Shown here one piece after another: positions 58,650 to 64,000 of a stretch of DNA of 64,000 bases. The position numbers and the translations under genes are program-made. Each line of letters begins with the position of its first letter. Positions within the stretch are counted from its first letter, which is position 1. Below the pieces are notes generated by a model, which worked only from the letters and a program-made list of their open reading frames with translations, made no database searches and had not been told where the DNA came from. Source of the DNA: an uncultured bacterium (GTDB taxonomy: Bacteria; Verrucomicrobiota; Verrucomicrobiia; Limisphaerales; UBA8199); the NCBI GenBank assembly GCA_963749495.1, contig CAVVMW010000008.1, positions 256,001 through 320,000 on the forward strand, written 5' to 3'.

Positions 58650-61554
58650 TCACCTCGCGACCAGGCTGGCGCAGGACCGCCTCAATTCCAGCAATTCCCG
58701 CTCCTGCTGGTCGCTGAACGAGCCGAGCCGCTGCGCGTAGGTATCCATCCACGTCAGGAGCCTCTCACGGCTCTCGGCGTCGAGCGCCACGCCGTAATGG
58801 CCTGAGGCGGCGTTCAGCAACGCCAACAGCGCGCTGTTCTGAGCGATGCCCTGGCCGGGAACCGAGAAGCCGCGCCGGTAGCCTTCCTGCACCTGCTCCC
58901 GAAGGCTGGGTTTGCCGAAAGCGACGAGGCTGTCGTAGGCCCTGGCCGGGGTTAGATCGAGCCGGGCAGCCAACGCGTTGGTTGCGTGCGGCTGGTGGCA
59001 GCTCACGCAGCTCCAGTCAAGCACCGGTTGCACGAGCCGGTCGAAGCGCAGCGGCCAGGAGCCTTCCGGGCCGGCGGTAAGGCTCGAAGGCGCCCGCGCG
59101 AGGGCCAGCGGGGTTATTGCGGGCGGGGCCTGCTGGCGATGCTCGTGGCAGCCGATGCAGCCGAGCGTCTGGCCCGGCTGCACATACGTTACAGTGCGCA
59201 TGGTCTGGACCGCGGCGCCGCGGGAATCCAGCGCCTGGAAGAATACAATCACTCCCGCCGGGGCGCGGAAGTAAGCCGACCCATCAAGTTCCACCGGCAC
59301 GGTGCCCAGGACGCATTTGCCCGGGTCATCCTGGGTGATCCCCAGGCTCGGGTAGTTCATGGTCGGGTGCGTCTTTGCCGGAACGGCGACGAGGCGGAGG
59401 GACTTGACGGCGCCGCGTTGAACGCCGGGCAGGCCGCGATAAACATCGGCCAACAGGAAGGTGCCTTCCTTGGGGGCGCCACCGGCGAGTTGGCTGGCGA
59501 GGATGGGGGGCCGCTCGCGGGGGCGCACGGGGATTGGATCGCCGCAGGCAATGTCAGGGTCTGTCCAGAGTAGTTCACGAGTGCGCGTTGCGGCATCGTA
59601 TAGGTAAAGCGCCATGCCGTCATTGGGGCGTTGCACGGCATGCCAGCGGTCCCAACCCTTCGGGCCCGGGACCCGCGCGCCTTCGCAACCCCAGGCCACG
59701 AGGTAAAACCGCTCGCTCAGCGGCCAGGGATTGGCGTAGGAGGTGATCGGCCAGCCTTCGATTTCCGGGAACACCACCTCCGGGGTCAACCGGGTGATGG
59801 GCTGGGCGCCTTCCAGGCCGGCGCTCGGGTCCAGCAGCACGAGGCTGCCCATCGTTTGCGAATGATGGCCGCTGGCGGTGAAAACGATCTTGTGCGAGCC
59901 GGGGATCGGCTTGGCCTCGAAGGTGCAGTGGGGTGCCCGGGTGTAGTTCTTGTAAACCATGCGGGCGTTGGAGCCGTCGGGGTTGATCGCCCACAGGCCC
60001 ATGAACGGCATGTTGTCGCGGTCGATATAATCCCAGCGCGAGTAGAGGATGGTGCCGTCGTGGGCGATTTCCGGCGTCCACTCGAACATCTCGAACGGCG
60101 AAATCGCGCACAGGTCGGTGCCGTCGGCATTCATTGTGTGCAGCGTATAGACGGCCACGGGCCGTTCCGGGCCGCCGCCACAGCGCACGTAGCAATCCGG
60201 CAGGTCCGGCCGCGCGAGCGTCCTCGCCGCGCTCTCGCGGCCGGCCTGCAGCGACTGCCCGCGGCGCGTCGAAAGAAACACGATCCGGCCGTCCGGCAGG
60301 TAACGTCCGTCAAAATCGTCGTACTTGCCGCGGGTAAGCCGGCGCACGCCCGAGCCATCCAAGCTCATCTCGAAGAGGTGGTAAAACGCGTCTTCGGGCA
60401 CATTGGCTTTGTCGAGCTTGTTCGGCTCGCCAGCCAGACGCGGATAGTAGCGGCACCAGGCGAACAGGACCTTCGTGCCGTCGTAGGAGAGAGTCGGCCG
60501 GAGGAAGCTGCCGGGCTCGGTGAAGGACGTGGTGAGGCATTGCTCGGCGGGCGATGCGGTGGCGAACCCGTGCAGCAGGTAGATACCCCCGCCGGGCTTC
60601 GACCACCAGCCGTAGTATTGGTCGGACATGTGGTTGAAACTGGCTGGAACTCGCTTGGTGAAGAGCAGCGTGTCAAAGCCGCGGAGCAAAGGGTTCTGCA
60701 GCCCAAGCTCTCGCTCAAGACGGCGGGCGTCGATGAAAAGCGGCTGAGCGGACTGTCCAGCGGGGAGGCGGGCGAGCCTTTGGCCGAGGTCCTCGATGAG
60801 CCCGCTTACTGCGGGGCTGCCCATCGCGTCCGGCGAAGGGCTTCGACGCGGCTGGCCGGAGCTGGATTGCCGGACGAGCCGCTCACAAACGGCGAGCGTC
60901 TGCCGGGTGCGCGCAGCCCAGTCCGCTTCCGCGGGGGCCGTGTGTGCGAATGACCATTGGGAAACGCTGGACTGGTCTGCCGGTTGATGCAAGGCGAGGT
61001 TCTTGTTCGGGTCGGTGACGCCAAAGACCTCGACCTCATCCAGGTGAAGGAAAGTGGTGCCGGGCAGCGCGAGACGGACGAAGCGAGCCCTCTGCCCTTT
61101 AACCTCGATGACGAGCGGTTTGCTATCGGAGAAACCATAGAATGTCGTGCCGTCATGCTGATAGGCTTGGCGGAACTCCTTGCCGTCATCCGAGAGCAGC
61201 AGTTTGATGAATCGCGCGCGTTCGGCCGCCGCGGTGCGGTTCCAGAGGGTCACCCGGGCAATGGCCTGCGAGCGGCCCAGGTCCACCTGCCACCACGGCT
61301 CGGGGGTTCACCCGTGTGGAAACCCCACTCGCCATTCTTGATGCCGTCGCACCCGCCCGCGGCGTCGGCCTGGGTCGTGACCGGCCCCGATACGGTGCCG
61401 AGCGCGGCCACTTGCTCAGCCAGCACCCAATCGGCCTCGACGCGTTCCTGCCACGTGGCGGCAGATTGGGCTCGGACCAGCCCCCTCGCACAGGAGCCAC
61501 CGTGAAGAGGAAGGCAAGAGGCAGGATCAGAGCCAAATGAGATCGAGCGTTCAT
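58650..61554 (-). CDS. Hydrazine synthase alpha-subunit-like protein with N-terminal F5/8-type (discoidin) domain; 1-bp indel near 61298
   Basis: Signal peptide; GFHT...WWQVDLG..I.RV.LWNR; TolB-like propeller (DGRYLPDGRIVFLSTR, SRWDYIDR); LGTVPVE.DGSAYFRAP...FFQALD..G.AVQTMR...QPG...CIGCHE; VQPVLD..CVSCH. Confidence 0.85.
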
Positions 61555-63443
61555 AGCGACAACAGGTAAGCAACCAGGCCGTTGATCTGATCCGCAGTGA
61601 GGTGTGAAGTGTGGCCGTGCCGGTCATGGTTGTTGGCCTGGGTCAATACGTCGCGAAGGGTCGCGGCCGAGCCGTCGTGAAGATAGGGCGCGGTCCGCCA
61701 GATCTCGACCAGTGTCGGCGTATCAAAAGTGCCGGTGTCGAAGTCGGTGCGGGCGCGGGTGCCGACGTTGTAGGAGTGCAGGTCGGTAAATAACGGTCCA
61801 GGATGGCACCGGGCACAGCCCACCGTTTTGTTATGAAAGAGCTTCTGGCCGCGTCGCGCCGCCGCCGAGAGCTTGCCGTTCACCAGGTAAGGGCTGGCCA
61901 CGGGCTGGAGAGACTTGAGGTAAGCGCCGATAGCGTCCGCGACCTCCGGTCGCTGGACCGTGAACAGGATGTGCCGGAGGCCGGCGCCCACAGCGGCTTC
62001 GGCGCTTTCCCGCACACCGGTGCTCATGGCCGGGGGGGTCCGGAACACCAGCAGGAGGCTCTTGCTGTTCTTTGGATTGCCCAGGCCGTCGTTGAGCAGA
62101 TCCCAGTTCAAGCCGTCGGTGCGCGCATCGCCAGGATGGCAGCTTGCGCAGCTTTGCCAGCCCTGGAAACAAAGGCGCGCGTCGTTGAAGTCGAGTTCCC
62201 CCTGGCGCGCGGCCGTCATCAGTGGCTTGGGTCCAAGCGGGATTGTCTCCGCCTTTGGCTCCGTGCCGTCCAGTTCGAGCGCGGTGAGCGTATCGGAGAA
62301 ATAATTCGCGGTGTACACCACGCGGCCCACCACCACGACGCCGCGCGGGCCGAGATCGCCTTCCGGCAACGGCCGCCGCTGGCACAGACCGACCAGGACC
62401 GAGAAGTCGTTCGCCACCTCGTCTTCGGCCGCCGCAGCGGTTAGTGGCGAGGCGCCGCCGGTTGAGGCCGAGGATTCGGGCTCGATGCGGCCCAACTTCT
62501 CAAGCAGCGCCGGAAAATCCGTCACGCTGACTTCGTGGGTGCCCGCCAGAGCGACCACCAGGCTCTTGCCATCTGCGCTCCAGGCGGCGCCCCAGGGATT
62601 GGCGGCGCCACGGTCCACCGTGTCGAGCAATACCGTATTGAGCACCCGCGGGGGATCGAGGGCGATGATCGTCTTGGCGTTGGTATTCATCCAGCCGCGC
62701 TCAAGCTGCGTCGTCGGCAGGTGGAACCGTCCCAGGACGTGCGTCACCACGGCGTATTTGCCGTCGGGTGAGATGCGCAGATCGTTCAACGACCCGCTTC
62801 CCTCGGGGAGCCACAGCTCCTCCACAACCTTGCCCAACGCGGTCTCAATAACGCTCACCACCGCGGCGACATGCCCGGCGTCCGCCCGGCCGGCGTGGAG
62901 ATGATTGGCGACCAGCACCCGCCTGCCATCGGGCGAAATGGCCGCGGCCACCGGCTCCCGCCGGACCGGAATCCGCCGGATCTCCCTCTTGGCGATGAGA
63001 TCGATTACACTGACGTCGTCGTTGAATCGGTTGCAGACAAAGAGCGTTTTGCCGTCGGGCGAAACGACCGGCGCGCAAGCGGTGTGACCAACCGGCACTG
63101 CGCCGGTCACGCGCGCCTTGGCAATGTCCACGAAGCAGACCTGGCTCGCCGGCCCGGCGCAGGCCACATACAGGATTTCTCCATCGGCGGAAACGGCCAG
63201 TCCGGACGGCTGTTTTGGCACTGGGACGGACTTCACGACACGCCGGCTGGAAAGGTCGAGCACGAGCACGCGGCGGCCGGTGGCGCAAGCCACGAATAGG
63301 GTGGCGCCGTCCGGCGCGGCAACCAGCGCGCAAGGGGAGAGCCACGTTGGGTTCGCCTCAGGGGCGCCGGGCGCTGTGGAACAGAGCGAGAGCTGGAGCC
63401 CCACCGCTGCAGCCAGGGAACGCAATCCGGAAGGAAGACTCAT
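61551..63443 (-). CDS. YncE/YVTN beta-propeller fused to di-heme cytochrome c (CCP/MauG-like) domain
   Basis: Signal peptide; repeated (V/I)SPDG blades; CASCH and CARCH; FDTPTL.E.WRTAPYLHDGSA.TL. Confidence 0.88.
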   Translation of the reverse strand: MSLPSGLRSLAAAVGLQLSLCSTAPGAPEANPTWLSPCALVAAPDGATLFVACATGRRVLVLDLSSRRVVKSVPVPKQPSGLAVSADGEILYVACAGPASQVCFVDIAKARVTGAVPVGHTACAPVVSPDGKTLFVCNRFNDDVSVIDLIAKREIRRIPVRREPVAAAISPDGRRVLVANHLHAGRADAGHVAAVVSVIETALGKVVEELWLPEGSGSLNDLRISPDGKYAVVTHVLGRFHLPTTQLERGWMNTNAKTIIALDPPRVLNTVLLDTVDRGAANPWGAAWSADGKSLVVALAGTHEVSVTDFPALLEKLGRIEPESSASTGGASPLTAAAAEDEVANDFSVLVGLCQRRPLPEGDLGPRGVVVVGRVVYTANYFSDTLTALELDGTEPKAETIPLGPKPLMTAARQGELDFNDARLCFQGWQSCASCHPGDARTDGLNWDLLNDGLGNPKNSKSLLLVFRTPPAMSTGVRESAEAAVGAGLRHILFTVQRPEVADAIGAYLKSLQPVASPYLVNGKLSAAARRGQKLFHNKTVGCARCHPGPLFTDLHSYNVGTRARTDFDTGTFDTPTLVEIWRTAPYLHDGSAATLRDVLTQANNHDRHGHTSHLTADQINGLVAYLLSL

Positions 63444-63721
63444 CTTGCAATCCGAGGATCGGACTTTTTGACGCCGCGCCCGGCTATGGATGCCGCGCCC
63501 GCGAGGGAGGATAGGTTCCTGCTCTTACTCACCATGGCCCAAGCATACCCACGTCCGGGGACTTCCGCAAGCGCCACGGAACCTGGATTCACTCGAACAG
63601 CACCATGTCCGGGCAGGAGGATGCGACAAAACAAGCGTTTCATGGCGGCGGCCCTCGGCGAGAGGTTGGTGGCGATCGTGGACGTGGATGACGGCCGCTT
63701 CGGCTAGGCTGGCGAGGCGCT

Positions 63722-63963
63722 GATCATAAATCGCCGGGCGTGTTCCAGGCGGGACTTTGGCCGAGGGATGGCGTGGATGGAACGAGGATTCGTAATCAAT
63801 TCTCTGCAATGTATCGAGTCCTTCTTCCGACAAATACTCCTTCCAATAAGTGATTCTCAGGGCAGCCTTTTGGATTTCGTCGAGGACGCTGTAGAGGAAA
63901 TGCTGCTTTGACTCACGGTTGAGGTTCGGTGCCAGGTGCCTGAAGTTTAACTCATCAAGCTCA
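63722..63963 (-). other. Lower-GC partial coding fragment of unknown function near window edge
   Basis: Open frame ELNFRHLAPNLNRESKQHFLYSVLDEIQKAALRITYWKEYLSEEGLD... Confidence 0.3.
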
Positions 63964-64000
63964 TGGGCGAATCGTTAAGATTTTTAAGCTCGCGGGGCGA

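Noticed and set aside
58650..63443. Evidence that the organism performs anammox
   Set aside because: Architecture is HZS-like but carries an extra lectin-like domain and lacks the expected Tyr after the first heme motif; no hao/hdh-type multiheme genes are present in the window.

Overview
GC-rich bacterial chromosome segment. Gene content and repeat style suggest a Verrucomicrobiota/PVC organism, but this is inference only. The first ~6.5 kb is a housekeeping and cell-surface block: serine acetyltransferase, a GH42-like protein, a DciA-like protein, and a Gfo/Idh/MocA dehydrogenase plus DegT aminotransferase. The rest is a heavily remodelled accessory region. It holds decayed insertion sequences (MULE/IS256-like, ISAs1, IS66, and a probably intact ISAzo13 with derived MITEs), carbohydrate-catabolic and secreted-protein genes, toxin-antitoxin modules and many short gene remnants. 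Four items stand out. (1) A hydrazine-synthase-like operon at 58.6-63.4 kb: a beta-propeller/di-heme fusion gene overlapping an HzsA-like gene. (2) A type I restriction-modification operon with a Panacea/wHTH-DUF488 gene and an uncharacterised partner embedded between hsdM and hsdS. (3) An NDT-like gene split by ISAzo13 and coupled to a wHTH-Gfo/Idh/MocA fusion. (4) A GH42 protein lacking its acid/base glutamate. About nine single-base indels, mostly in short homopolymers, may be sequencing errors, so frameshift-based pseudogene calls are provisional. No rRNA, tRNA or convincing CRISPR array was seen. All family calls come from reading motifs by eye, without database searches.
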